Shown piece by piece: positions 31,065 through 40,193 of a stretch of 64,000 bases of DNA. Both the position numbers and the translations under genes were made by a program. The stretch is from assembly GCA_046290225.1 (NCBI GenBank), contig JBKAGE010000070.1:224001-288000 (forward strand), given 5' to 3'. Under the pieces are notes generated by a model, which saw only the letters and a list, made by a program, of their open reading frames with translations, did not search any database and was not told the origin of the DNA. How positions within the stretch are numbered: position 1 is the stretch's first letter; every line of letters starts with the position of its first letter. The stretch comes from Bradymonadia bacterium. Its GTDB lineage: Bacteria > Myxococcota_A > Bradymonadia > UBA7976 > UBA1532.

Positions 31065-31875
31065 GTGGCTCGCCTGCGCCCTGGCTCTCACCTTCTCGGG
31101 CTGTGCTCTGGACGACGGTGAGCCGTGGGGGCAAGCCGAGGTGGAGCTCGAGGCGCGCTTTGCGCCCAGTGAGGGACGTCTCGAGAGCGGGCGCTTAAAG
31201 ACCACCACCAATTACGCGGTGCAGGTCGACGCCCTCGAAATCCGCTTCAACGCCCTCGCCATCGCCATGGGGGCTGAGGGCAGTACTGCCGGGTTCGATC
31301 CGGCAAACCCACCCCCACAGTACAGCCTGTGCCACAACGGCCACTGCCACCACGAAGATGGTCGACTGGTCGATTACGAGGACATCGCCCTGGAGCTCGC
31401 CGAGAGCGGCGGTGGAGGCCCGGTCATCACACAGGCCTTCGCTCAAGTCCCCGTGGCCCTCAGTGTCGAGCCCACATCGATCTCCCTGGGGGACTGCGCC
31501 TCGGATTGCCAATTGCCTCGAGGCGGGTTGGCCACAGCAACCCTCACCATCGGTCAGGTGCGTATCTCGGCGGTGATCTTCGACCGCCTCACTGAAGACG
31601 CTCAGCGCTTGCCTGATGAAGGCGTAGCCGTGGACTTCACCGTAGACGTGGTGATGAACTTCCCTGTCTCCATCTCTGGTGACGTGGGGAAGAACGAGGC
31701 AGTGCGTGTGGGCTTGTCCTCGAACTTCGAGGTGCCAGAGACCCTCTTCGACGGGATCGACTGGCAGGGCCTCCTCGATGGTGAGGGGGCAATCATCGAT
31801 GAGACCGCTCTTGATGCTCAGATTCAGCGCAACCTCGAAGCAGATGGTGCATTCACGGTTCAGGTCGTGCGCTGA
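31045..31875 (+). CDS. hypothetical lipoprotein with a CHNGHCHH motif
   Basis: Lipobox FSGC; overlaps the SBP gene; GTG start. Confidence 0.75.
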   Translation: MWRSRSKWLACALALTFSGCALDDGEPWGQAEVELEARFAPSEGRLESGRLKTTTNYAVQVDALEIRFNALAIAMGAEGSTAGFDPANPPPQYSLCHNGHCHHEDGRLVDYEDIALELAESGGGGPVITQAFAQVPVALSVEPTSISLGDCASDCQLPRGGLATATLTIGQVRISAVIFDRLTEDAQRLPDEGVAVDFTVDVVMNFPVSISGDVGKNEAVRVGLSSNFEVPETLFDGIDWQGLLDGEGAIIDETALDAQIQRNLEADGAFTVQVVR

Positions 31876-31883
31876 ACCACCTT

Positions 31884-32044
31884 AGAGGTCCTCACGAAAC
31901 GACTCCCGTCGCCAGTGCCGCGATGCACTTCGTAAGGCGGCAGAAACCGTCCTCGACGATGCTTCGGCATCGCCTGCGGGTGTTTCTGACGCCTTGCTCG
32001 CGCCTCACGACCCTGCCTCGGTCCGCCGTTGTGTGAGGACCTCT
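31884..32044. mobile_element. 161-bp MITE/REP-like element with terminal inverted repeats
   Basis: AGAGGTCCTCAC (31884-31895) pairs with GTGAGGACCTCT (32033-32044); nested internal stems; no coding capacity. Confidence 0.65.
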
Positions 32045-32084
32045 TCTTCTTGCCATTGTGTGCTTAAAGCGACCCACCCACTGT

Positions 32085-32126
32085 TGCAACTGAGATGCAT
32101 TTTCCGTAAAACGCAACAGCATTGCA
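32085..32126. promoter_or_regulatory. two degenerate copies of the candidate Fur-family box
   Basis: TGCAAC-TGA-GATGCA (32085-32099) and CGCAAC-AGC-ATTGCA (32112-32126). Confidence 0.6.
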
Positions 32127-32157
32127 TTAATCGTTCAACGATGGGAAGAACTGCACC

Positions 32158-32832
32158 ATGAACCTCAAGCACCTCACTCGCGTGACCCTCGCCAGCAGCA
32201 TCGCGCTCTTCGCCTTCGGCTGTGACAGCGACGATGATTCCGAAAGCTCACCGAACAACGAAGGCGCTGGCGCCGCTGGCGGTGAGATGGGCAGCGAGTC
32301 CGGAGCCCTCGAAGAGGCCTGCGGCCACGCTCAAAACGGCCCCTTCTCCGACACCACCGCCGCAGACACTGCCGAGGGCGCCCCTGACGTCGCCATCGAG
32401 CACACGCGCGTGGACATCAGCCTCGTAGACGTCGAGGGTGGCAAGGGTGGCTTTGTCACCTTCGCCTCGGCCGAGGCTGCCGAGATCAGCTTCTTCCTCA
32501 CCAACGACGTCCCCATGACCGTGGTGGACGCCAGCGCTGCGCCCCTGAGCCCGGAGAGCTCCGTGACCGAGATCGCCGCCTGCGGTGAGATCGCCGTGAT
32601 GCACACCTTCGATCTCGATGTGGGCACGTACACCTTCTTCTTCGGCCCCACCGACGCCACCACCCTCGGCTTCTTGTTCGAGGAGGCCGGCGGCCATGAC
32701 CATGATCATGGCCATGACCACGAAGGTGAGGGGGAAGGCGAGGGCGAGCACGATCACGAAGGTGAAGGCGAGCACGACCATGAGGGCGAGGGCGAGGGCG
32801 AAGACGACCACGATGGTCACGATCACGAGTAG
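32158..32832 (+). CDS. acidic lipoprotein with a His/Glu-rich C-terminal tail
   Basis: Lipobox AFGC; ACGH and IAACG motifs; tail of repeated HDHEGEGE. Confidence 0.8.
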   Translation: MNLKHLTRVTLASSIALFAFGCDSDDDSESSPNNEGAGAAGGEMGSESGALEEACGHAQNGPFSDTTAADTAEGAPDVAIEHTRVDISLVDVEGGKGGFVTFASAEAAEISFFLTNDVPMTVVDASAAPLSPESSVTEIAACGEIAVMHTFDLDVGTYTFFFGPTDATTLGFLFEEAGGHDHDHGHDHEGEGEGEGEHDHEGEGEHDHEGEGEGEDDHDGHDHE

Positions 32833-32835
32833 TCC

Positions 32836-33657
32836 ATGAACACCGCCGCCGTGCCCCTGAACACCTCCACCACACGAGAGAAGCCTCTCATCCACTGCAG
32901 TGGGTTACAGGTGGGGTATCGAGGCCGGGCGATACTGCCTTCGGTGGATCTCTCCATCGAGCAGGGGCAGATTTGGGCCTTCATCGGCCGCAATGGCGGT
33001 GGCAAAAGCACTCTCTTGCGTACCCTCCTGGGCCTTCAGCCCAAAATCGCCGGTACGCTCCAATGCCCTGCCTGTCCAGTCAGCTACGTCTCCCAACGCG
33101 GCACTTTCGATACTTCAGTGCCTGCTCGAGCCATCGACGTGGTGATGGCAGGCATGGATCGCCGCTGGAGCTTCCTCAGGCCTCGACTGGGTCGGGGTCG
33201 GAGCGCAGCCCTCCATGCCCTGGAAGAGGTCGGTCTGCCCCAGGTGGCCCGGCAGTCTTTCTCCGAGCTGAGCGAGGGGCAGAAGCAGCGGGTGCTCATG
33301 GCTCAGGCCCTCGTCTCCGAGCCTTCTCTGCTTGTGCTCGATGAGCCCACCAGCGCCATGGATGTCGAAGCCGAGCGCTCGATCTTCGAGTTGATCGCCC
33401 ACCTGGTGAAGCGCCACCGCTTCGCCGTGCTCATCGCCAGCCATCAGCTGTCTTTTGTGCCCGAGTTCTCCAGCCACGTGGCCCTGCTCGACCGAGAGAC
33501 CGGCGTGGCCATCACCGGGGACACCACCACGGTGATGGCCTCCGAGATTTTCCAGTCTCGCTATGGCACCTTGATCCCTCGCAGCCCCGTCGACAATGAT
33601 CCCCTCGGCCTCGCTGCCCATCACTGCGACACACCAGCGCCACGAAACGCTCACTGA
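32836..33657 (+). CDS. znuC: metal ABC transporter ATP-binding protein
   Basis: GRNGGGKST, LSEGQKQRV, LVLDEPT, ASH. Confidence 0.88.
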   Translation: MNTAAVPLNTSTTREKPLIHCSGLQVGYRGRAILPSVDLSIEQGQIWAFIGRNGGGKSTLLRTLLGLQPKIAGTLQCPACPVSYVSQRGTFDTSVPARAIDVVMAGMDRRWSFLRPRLGRGRSAALHALEEVGLPQVARQSFSELSEGQKQRVLMAQALVSEPSLLVLDEPTSAMDVEAERSIFELIAHLVKRHRFAVLIASHQLSFVPEFSSHVALLDRETGVAITGDTTTVMASEIFQSRYGTLIPRSPVDNDPLGLAAHHCDTPAPRNAH

Positions 33658-33678
33658 TCGCCAACGCGATCTGACCCC

Positions 33679-34608
33679 ATGCACGACGAACTCCTCACCC
33701 TCAGCTCGTTCTTCGAAGCCTGGCCTCTGTTCAGAGAGTCGGCTCTCTCCGGCGCCCTTGCTGGCGCCCTGTTGGGTGTGCTCGGGGTCTATGTCGTGCT
33801 CAGGCGCCTCGTGTTCCTCACCGCAGCAGTGGGGCAGGCCGCCGGCCTGGGCGTGACGCTGTCGTTCTACTTGCAGGGGGTCTTTGGCCTCACGGGCGTG
33901 CTGGCTTCCCCGACCATCGGGGCCGCGGTGCTCACCTTGCTCGCCGTGGTGTTGGTGCTCAGAGCTGGCGCTGACGGTCACTCTACAGGCCGGAACTCCA
34001 CCCGACAGGACAGCATGCTGGGGGTGATCTGGCTCGTAGGCTCTGCAGGCACGTTGTCTCTGGGCACCCGCATCGTGCAGGAGATGCACGATGTGCAGAC
34101 GCTGCTCTTTGGCACCGCCGTAGCGGTCGTGCCCGAAGACTACACGTTGCTGCTCTGGCTCACCGCGACATTGCTGCTCGTACACCTCGTGGGCTGGCGT
34201 GGCTTCTCGGCGGTCTCGTTCGATCCGCAGGGGGCCCGCATCCGCGGCTTGCCGGTTCGGGCCTTGGAGTGGGTGCTCTTCATCTCTTTGGCACTGGCGG
34301 TGTCGACGTGTACGGGCATCCTCGGTGCGCTGCCCACCTTCGCCTTCAGCGTGCTGCCGGCCCTGGGGGCCCTGGCCCTGATGTCGATGGCAGGTGTGGG
34401 CAATGTGCAGCGGGCCCTGGTCATCGCCGGTGTACTCGGCGCCGGCTGCGGCTTTGGCGGGTATGTGCTGGCCTACCTCTACGAGCTGCCCGTAGGCGCG
34501 TCGCAGACGCTTCTTGGCGGCGTAGTGGTGGTAAGCCTCTGGTTGCTCGGCTTGGGGGTGCAGCTGGGACGCCGCTGGTGGGGTCGCTCTCGGGCATCAG
34601 TGGCCTGA
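33679..34608 (+). CDS. znuB: metal ABC transporter permease (ABC-3 family)
   Basis: LGVYVVLRR, LLFG, SFDPQGARIRG, multiple TM segments. Confidence 0.85.
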   Translation: MHDELLTLSSFFEAWPLFRESALSGALAGALLGVLGVYVVLRRLVFLTAAVGQAAGLGVTLSFYLQGVFGLTGVLASPTIGAAVLTLLAVVLVLRAGADGHSTGRNSTRQDSMLGVIWLVGSAGTLSLGTRIVQEMHDVQTLLFGTAVAVVPEDYTLLLWLTATLLLVHLVGWRGFSAVSFDPQGARIRGLPVRALEWVLFISLALAVSTCTGILGALPTFAFSVLPALGALALMSMAGVGNVQRALVIAGVLGAGCGFGGYVLAYLYELPVGASQTLLGGVVVVSLWLLGLGVQLGRRWWGRSRASVA

Positions 34609-34646
34609 GCACCAGCCGCCTGAGTACTTCAAGAGAGTGGCGGCCC

Positions 34647-35213
34647 CTACTGAATCTGAACGCCGCCGTTCTTCTGCAGCGCCTCGAGCTTCTCGCGCAC
34701 CACCTTGTTCGACTCCCACTTCAGCGCCTCGTTGATGGCCGCTTGCCCCTTCGCCCCCGGCACATCGGCGAGGGCCGTCGCCGCGGTGATGCGAATCTGC
34801 GGATCAGGATCCCGCAGCGCTGCCGCCAAAGGCGTCACTGACCGCTCAGCGAAGCTCTGAGCCAGATAACGCATCACGCGGTGACGCTGGCCCTCGGCCT
34901 GCTCTTTGGCGATGGCCGCCAAGTACAGGTCGAAGACCTCGTCGTCCGGCCAGTAGCCCAATGCCTCATAGGCGGCGTAGCGCTGAAAGTCGGGGACCGA
35001 AGCATCTTTGACCACCTGCTTCAAGATCGCCGGCGCCTCGGGGCTCGCCGCTTCGAACTGCTTCTGCACAGGCAGCTGGTGTCGGGCCAGCAGCAAAGAC
35101 ATCACCTGACCTCTGGGGGTCGTGTCGGCCTTGGGCGACGCCGAGCACGCCAGCGGCAGAGCGAGGGCGAAGGCCAGCGCCAGGGGCGCCCCGGTACGGT
35201 TCATCATCCCCAT
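34647..35213 (-). CDS. HEAT-repeat lipoprotein
   Basis: Lipobox PLAC; LAAALRDPDPQIRITAATALA. Confidence 0.75.
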   Translation of the reverse strand: MGMMNRTGAPLALAFALALPLACSASPKADTTPRGQVMSLLLARHQLPVQKQFEAASPEAPAILKQVVKDASVPDFQRYAAYEALGYWPDDEVFDLYLAAIAKEQAEGQRHRVMRYLAQSFAERSVTPLAAALRDPDPQIRITAATALADVPGAKGQAAINEALKWESNKVVREKLEALQKNGGVQIQ

Positions 35214-35218
35214 CGAGC

Positions 35219-37075
35219 TTACTCCTTCGTCAGGGGGTTGGCCTGGATCACCGAGGCCTGGTCTTCGGTGACGATGCTGTTGTCAGCGCCAGCGAGGGGG
35301 AACATCAAGTTGTTGCGGTCGGGGCAGTCGTTGGGGAACCCGGCGTTGCGACAGTCGGGGGTGTCGGCGAGGGGATCGGTGGTCTGCTGGTTCTGCTCCG
35401 TGGTGTGGAACAGGCCGATGTAGTGCCCCACCTCGTGGGCCAGCACATTCCCGGTGAAGACATTGCCGTCCACCACTTGGCCGCCCCGCTCCTGGAACCG
35501 TGATCCGATGAACTCGCCGGTGAAGACCACCCCGCTCGTCTGGGCGCCGTGCAGGCCCGCGGGGCCCGGCAGGCCCTGAGAGATGCCCAGCACCCCGCCG
35601 CCACCGGGCAGGGCGAAGGATCGGATGAAGACGAGGTTGAGGCTGAGGGCGTCGTCGAGGGTGTCTCCGGGCAGCTCGGTGAGCTTGAGCACCTCGCCCA
35701 CGTCACCCTGGCTACGGATCACCTGGAACCGCTGAGCGTCTTCACCCACAACGTCGATGTACCTGATCTCGCCGATCTCGATGCCTGCTGGGGCATACAC
35801 CGACTCGAACTGGGCGAAGACCGCCTGCATATCGGGATCGTTGGGCGCGTTGTCGGCGGTGCGGCCGATGCCCACGAGGTAGACGTTGAAGTCGATGCGG
35901 GTACCGGGGCTCGACTCCTGCAGCGTGTAGTAGCACATGCGGGCGGAGTTGCTGTTGATGATGAAGGTGTGCTCGCCGGACTCGAGCTGATCAGCGTAGG
36001 CCCGAGTTGCCGGGACCACCGTAGGGCTCACGGTGCCGAAGAGCTGCGCCGTGGCCCGCTGGAAGGCGTTGCCGCCGCGGAAGTTGATCACCTCGCCGCT
36101 GGGCAGGGCGATGCCTCGGGGGTCGACCTGCGTGCCGTCTTCGGAGAAAGGCACCACCATGTAGGCGCTGGTGTCGTCCTCGACGGTGAAGGGCAGGTCG
36201 AAACGCACACCGTCGTCGGGCTCGACGCAGGTGATGTCCACAGGCTGATCTTCGATCTCTTCCGGCGAGAGCAAAGGCTCATTGGGGTTGGGGAAGCACA
36301 CCCCGATGCCCTGACCGAAGGGCTGGCAGATGTATCCCTGCCGGCAATCGGAGGGGGCCCCGCAGATGCGCACGCAGAACTGCGGGTCATTGCTCACGAA
36401 GCATCGGTTGTCGACACTCTCGTCCGGACCACGAGCGCAGTCCATGCGGTTCTGGCACCCCACGGTGGTGCAGAAGCCCCCGGGCCAGTCTTCGATGCAG
36501 GCACCACCGGCACACTGCCGGTCGTCATTGCAGGGCAGGCCGTCGATGCGGCCGTCGTTCTCGTCGCCGGGCAGGCAGACCGGGCGACCGTCGGCGTCGG
36601 CACATGCGTAACCAAAGCGACAGTCCTCGGGACCACAACTCTGGGCGCAGAACGAGCCCTCGGCCTCTTCGATGCACACCGCGCCATCTGGGCACCCGGT
36701 CTCGAGGCAACCCTCGACGGCGCAGTAGCCCTCGGGCCACTCCGGCCCGGTCAGACACGTGCCTTCGGCACAATCGTCGTCATCGACGCAGGGCTCTCCG
36801 GGCCCGCTGGCCTCCACAAGTGGCTCTGCGTCGGGTACTTCAGCGTCAGGGGCAGGCATGCCACCCAGACCACCTGCGCCTCCGACCTCGCCCCCCATGC
36901 CACCGGTGACTTCACCGCCAGTGCCTCCAGCGCCGCCTGGAGAGGCGTCGCCCTCCCCTTCACCCACGCTGGCGTCGGCCTGCGGCTCTGGATCATCAGT
37001 GGAAGAGGCGTCTTCGACACACCCCCAAGCGCTCCAGGTGAGGAGCAGCAAGGCGAGCGCCCGGCGATCGATCAT
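35219..37075 (-). CDS. Cys-rich lipoprotein with a C-terminal metzincin-like metalloprotease domain
   Basis: Lipobox AWGC; GG linker; repeated Cys modules (WPEGYC, WPGGFC); HEVGHYIGLFH and a NNLM Met-turn. Confidence 0.8.
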   Translation of the reverse strand: MIDRRALALLLLTWSAWGCVEDASSTDDPEPQADASVGEGEGDASPGGAGGTGGEVTGGMGGEVGGAGGLGGMPAPDAEVPDAEPLVEASGPGEPCVDDDDCAEGTCLTGPEWPEGYCAVEGCLETGCPDGAVCIEEAEGSFCAQSCGPEDCRFGYACADADGRPVCLPGDENDGRIDGLPCNDDRQCAGGACIEDWPGGFCTTVGCQNRMDCARGPDESVDNRCFVSNDPQFCVRICGAPSDCRQGYICQPFGQGIGVCFPNPNEPLLSPEEIEDQPVDITCVEPDDGVRFDLPFTVEDDTSAYMVVPFSEDGTQVDPRGIALPSGEVINFRGGNAFQRATAQLFGTVSPTVVPATRAYADQLESGEHTFIINSNSARMCYYTLQESSPGTRIDFNVYLVGIGRTADNAPNDPDMQAVFAQFESVYAPAGIEIGEIRYIDVVGEDAQRFQVIRSQGDVGEVLKLTELPGDTLDDALSLNLVFIRSFALPGGGGVLGISQGLPGPAGLHGAQTSGVVFTGEFIGSRFQERGGQVVDGNVFTGNVLAHEVGHYIGLFHTTEQNQQTTDPLADTPDCRNAGFPNDCPDRNNLMFPLAGADNSIVTEDQASVIQANPLTKE

Positions 37076-37115
37076 GGAGATCTCCTGGAATGACAGAACA
37101 AGCGCACGCCTCACA

Positions 37116-37131
37116 CGCAAGGGCCGGGCCA
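37116..37131 (-). promoter_or_regulatory. sigma54 (-24/-12) promoter candidate
   Basis: TGGCCCG-GCCC-TTGCG on the minus strand, about 40 nt before ATG 37075. Confidence 0.6.
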
Positions 37132-37247
37132 CATGATGCGTGCATATTCGCACGATATGTCGCCTCACCGATGCAACGCGGGCGCGCGAAGGGCCACTTT
37201 GAAGATTTGAATCCCCACCACAGCAAACTCCCCCACAGTGAGGGTCC

Positions 37248-38699
37248 ATGCTCCGCCCGATGCTCTACGCGCTCTGCATGCTGAGTCTGATCGCGTGCGA
37301 CGACACCGCCGATGCAGATCCAGAAGAACAACCTGACGGCGCCACAGATCTGTCAGATGCAGGCCCTGACACGCTGTCTGACGCCGCGCCGGATGCCGAT
37401 GCACCTGATGGCGCCATGGCCCTGCCCTGCGCAGTATGGTTCAACGGCGAAGCTGCCCCCCTCGACACGCTGGAGGTGGGCGCCGGCAGCCGCATCGCCT
37501 TACAGGTGGAGTCTGCTGACGGCGTGGAGCGCGGCATCCCTCTGGTGCCTCCAGGCTGGTCCCTGGGGGGCCACCCCGAAGCCAACTGGGGCCTCGTGGC
37601 ACCCTATACGCCTGTCGAACCTGACCCTGTGCTGAGGTGGCCCGTCAGATGCCCCGACGGCACCGAGTTCATGCTTGAGCAACCCCTCACGCTGCGCCCA
37701 TTGACATGGTCTCGGACCTTTTTGTGGCTCGAAGGAGATGATGGCCCCCTCGCCCGCGAGTACTTCTCCATGTGGATCAACCCCACCAACACCGACGAGC
37801 TGTTGCTGTACGGGGGGTTCCACTATGTGCCGCAGCAATTCACCGTAGGCGACGATCTCTGGCTACGCGATCTGGTCTCGGGCCGCTGGCAACGGACTGA
37901 AACGCCAATGCTCACCCCCGCCACGGGTGGTGGGGGCTTGGCGTTGATCCCCGGAGAGGCCTCGGCGCTCTACTTTGGGGGCCTGCGCACGGAGGCAGGC
38001 GGATCTCAGATCCCAGGGGCGCTCTATCGCCTCGACTACGCCGACGAGCCACACACCTGGACGCCGCTCGAGCCCCTGGGGCTCCCAGAGTCGGGCAGCT
38101 ACCAGCCCGCCTTCTTCTACGATACCCCTCGGGATCGATATCTTGCAGTGGGCGGGCAGCGACTGAACGGCACCCATATGGACGTCAGCCGCTTCTTCCT
38201 CCCGGAGATGAGCTGGGGCTCCGCTGAAGTGGCAGAGGGCGAAGCACCCACTGGCCGCACGGGCTTCTTCTGGGCCCATGACCCGGAGACAGAGCGTCTC
38301 TTCGTATTCAGCGGTGAGCAAGGCGGCGCCCCAAACTGCGACTGTGATCAAGAGACCTGGGCCCTCGAGCTCGCCGAGACGCCTATGCGCTGGGTGAAGC
38401 TGCGGCTCGACGATCCACCCGAGGGTCGCCGCAATGGGGCCTACGCCCTCGACCCCGTAGGTCACCGTCTCTTCGTGTGGGGTGGCACGCCAGATGGTAT
38501 GAACGCATCAGAAGGGGTCTTCGCACTGCACCTGGGGCGCAACGAAGAGCGCTGGGTCCGGGTGCCGATAGAAGGCGAGGCGCCACCACCACGGGCCTCT
38601 GGTGCCATGGTCTTCGATGGGGCTCGCAGCCGCATGTTGATGGGCTTCGGCAACAGCACTGCGGGGGTGTTTGCCGATTTGTGGTCGCTCGGGCTCTGA
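37248..38699 (+). CDS. kelch/beta-propeller lipoprotein
   Basis: Lipobox LIAC; repeated LYGG/YFGG/VWGG with downstream Trp. Confidence 0.75.
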   Translation: MLRPMLYALCMLSLIACDDTADADPEEQPDGATDLSDAGPDTLSDAAPDADAPDGAMALPCAVWFNGEAAPLDTLEVGAGSRIALQVESADGVERGIPLVPPGWSLGGHPEANWGLVAPYTPVEPDPVLRWPVRCPDGTEFMLEQPLTLRPLTWSRTFLWLEGDDGPLAREYFSMWINPTNTDELLLYGGFHYVPQQFTVGDDLWLRDLVSGRWQRTETPMLTPATGGGGLALIPGEASALYFGGLRTEAGGSQIPGALYRLDYADEPHTWTPLEPLGLPESGSYQPAFFYDTPRDRYLAVGGQRLNGTHMDVSRFFLPEMSWGSAEVAEGEAPTGRTGFFWAHDPETERLFVFSGEQGGAPNCDCDQETWALELAETPMRWVKLRLDDPPEGRRNGAYALDPVGHRLFVWGGTPDGMNASEGVFALHLGRNEERWVRVPIEGEAPPPRASGAMVFDGARSRMLMGFGNSTAGVFADLWSLGL

Positions 38700-38720
38700 T
38701 GCCGCTGCAGCGGCATCAGA
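38695..38720. terminator. perfect 26-bp palindrome between convergent genes
   Basis: TCTGATGCCGCTG|CAGCGGCATCAGA; no U tract. Confidence 0.55.
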
Positions 38721-38729
38721 ATCACCGCA

Positions 38730-40097
38730 TCACTGCCCCACGGCAGTCTCTACGTCACCCACAGTCTTGGGCGCCCCGGCTGTGAGCACCTTCGGCGCGC
38801 CCGCAGCCTGAATCAGGATGTCGTCCTCGATCCGAATCCCCCGGACATCGGCAAACTTCGCCAACACCGTACGATCGAGGCGATCACCGGCTATGGCGGT
38901 GCGCGCGGCATCGTTCAGGATGGCCGGCACCTGGTAGAATCCCGGCTCGATGGTCACCGCCATCCCCGCCTGCAGGTCCCGGTCGAGGCGCAAGAAGCCC
39001 AGGCCAAAGCGGTCGCTGCGCACTCGGCCTGCTGCGTAGCCCGCGGCGTCACCGAGATCTTCCATGTCGTGCACGTCGAGGCCCAGCAAATGCCCCACAC
39101 CGTGCGGGAAGAACAGCGCATGCACGTCATCGGCCACGAGCGTGTCGACGTCGCCCTTGAGGATGCCCAGATCGACGAGGCCTGCGGTGAGCACCCGAGC
39201 GGCTTCGAGGTGCACGTCGCGATAGCGCACCCCCACCCTCGCAGTGTCGATGGCCGCCAGCTGGCTGGCGAGGACCACCTCGTAGATCGCCTTCTGGGTC
39301 GGTGAGAACTGCCCCGAGACCGGCCAGGTCCGGGTGACGTCGCCGGCCCAGCCGTCGGCGGTCTCAGCCCCAACATCGACGAGCAGCAGATCGCCTGCCT
39401 GCATGATGTTGTCGTGGTGGTGGTTGTGCAGCACCTCGCCGTGCACGCTCACGATGGGCCCGTATGAGGTGGTGCAGCGGCGGCGTCCGAGGGCCGCCAC
39501 CATCTCCGCCGTCACCACCCACTCTCCCATGCCTGGCCGTGTTGCCGACATGCCCGCCACGTGGGCCGCCACGGTGGCCTCTGCGGCCTCGGTGAGGCCC
39601 GCGATGGCCTGGGCGTCGTGCACCAGCCGCGTGTCGATCATGGCCTGAGCCACAGCGGCGTTGGCCTCGGGCTCTGCCGTGGGCACGAGCTCGAGGGTGC
39701 GGGCCGTGGTGACCGGATCTTGAGCAGCGAGCACCCCCAACGTGCGCTCGCTCACCGCAGCAGGCAGCGCCTCGAGAGGCCTCACAGGCAGGCCCAGACG
39801 CTCGGCGAGGGCGTCCAGAGGCTCTGTGGGGCCGTGCCAGAGGGCGTCGTCGGCGTCCGGAGCTCGGGCGTACAGCGTGGCACCACTGGGATCAACGATG
39901 AGCCATGCCCCCTCGACGCCTTCGCCGATGAGGTACCAGAAGTGGCTCGAGGGCCTGTACGGCCACGTGTTCGCAGGATAGTTCCGAGGTGCCGCCGCCC
40001 CTGCGGGCACGAGGGCCGAGTGGCCGCCGAGCCGGTCGGCGAAGGCGCGACGACGTCGAGCGCAGGCCTCGACGAGAGCAGCAGATGCACGGTGCAT
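38730..40097 (-). CDS. pepP: Xaa-Pro aminopeptidase (M24B)
   Basis: VLH, LVDVGAE, DVTRTWP, PHGVGHLLGLDVHD, TIEPGFY, GIRIEDD. Confidence 0.9.
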   Translation of the reverse strand: MHRASAALVEACARRRRAFADRLGGHSALVPAGAAAPRNYPANTWPYRPSSHFWYLIGEGVEGAWLIVDPSGATLYARAPDADDALWHGPTEPLDALAERLGLPVRPLEALPAAVSERTLGVLAAQDPVTTARTLELVPTAEPEANAAVAQAMIDTRLVHDAQAIAGLTEAAEATVAAHVAGMSATRPGMGEWVVTAEMVAALGRRRCTTSYGPIVSVHGEVLHNHHHDNIMQAGDLLLVDVGAETADGWAGDVTRTWPVSGQFSPTQKAIYEVVLASQLAAIDTARVGVRYRDVHLEAARVLTAGLVDLGILKGDVDTLVADDVHALFFPHGVGHLLGLDVHDMEDLGDAAGYAAGRVRSDRFGLGFLRLDRDLQAGMAVTIEPGFYQVPAILNDAARTAIAGDRLDRTVLAKFADVRGIRIEDDILIQAAGAPKVLTAGAPKTVGDVETAVGQ

Positions 40098-40193
40098 GGA
40101 GGCTCCTGGGTTGATTCTGATCGTTCCGGTGTACTGTAGTCTCTCCCGCTGACAGTTGCACCACCGGGTGCTGAAGGATTATCTCTACCCCCC

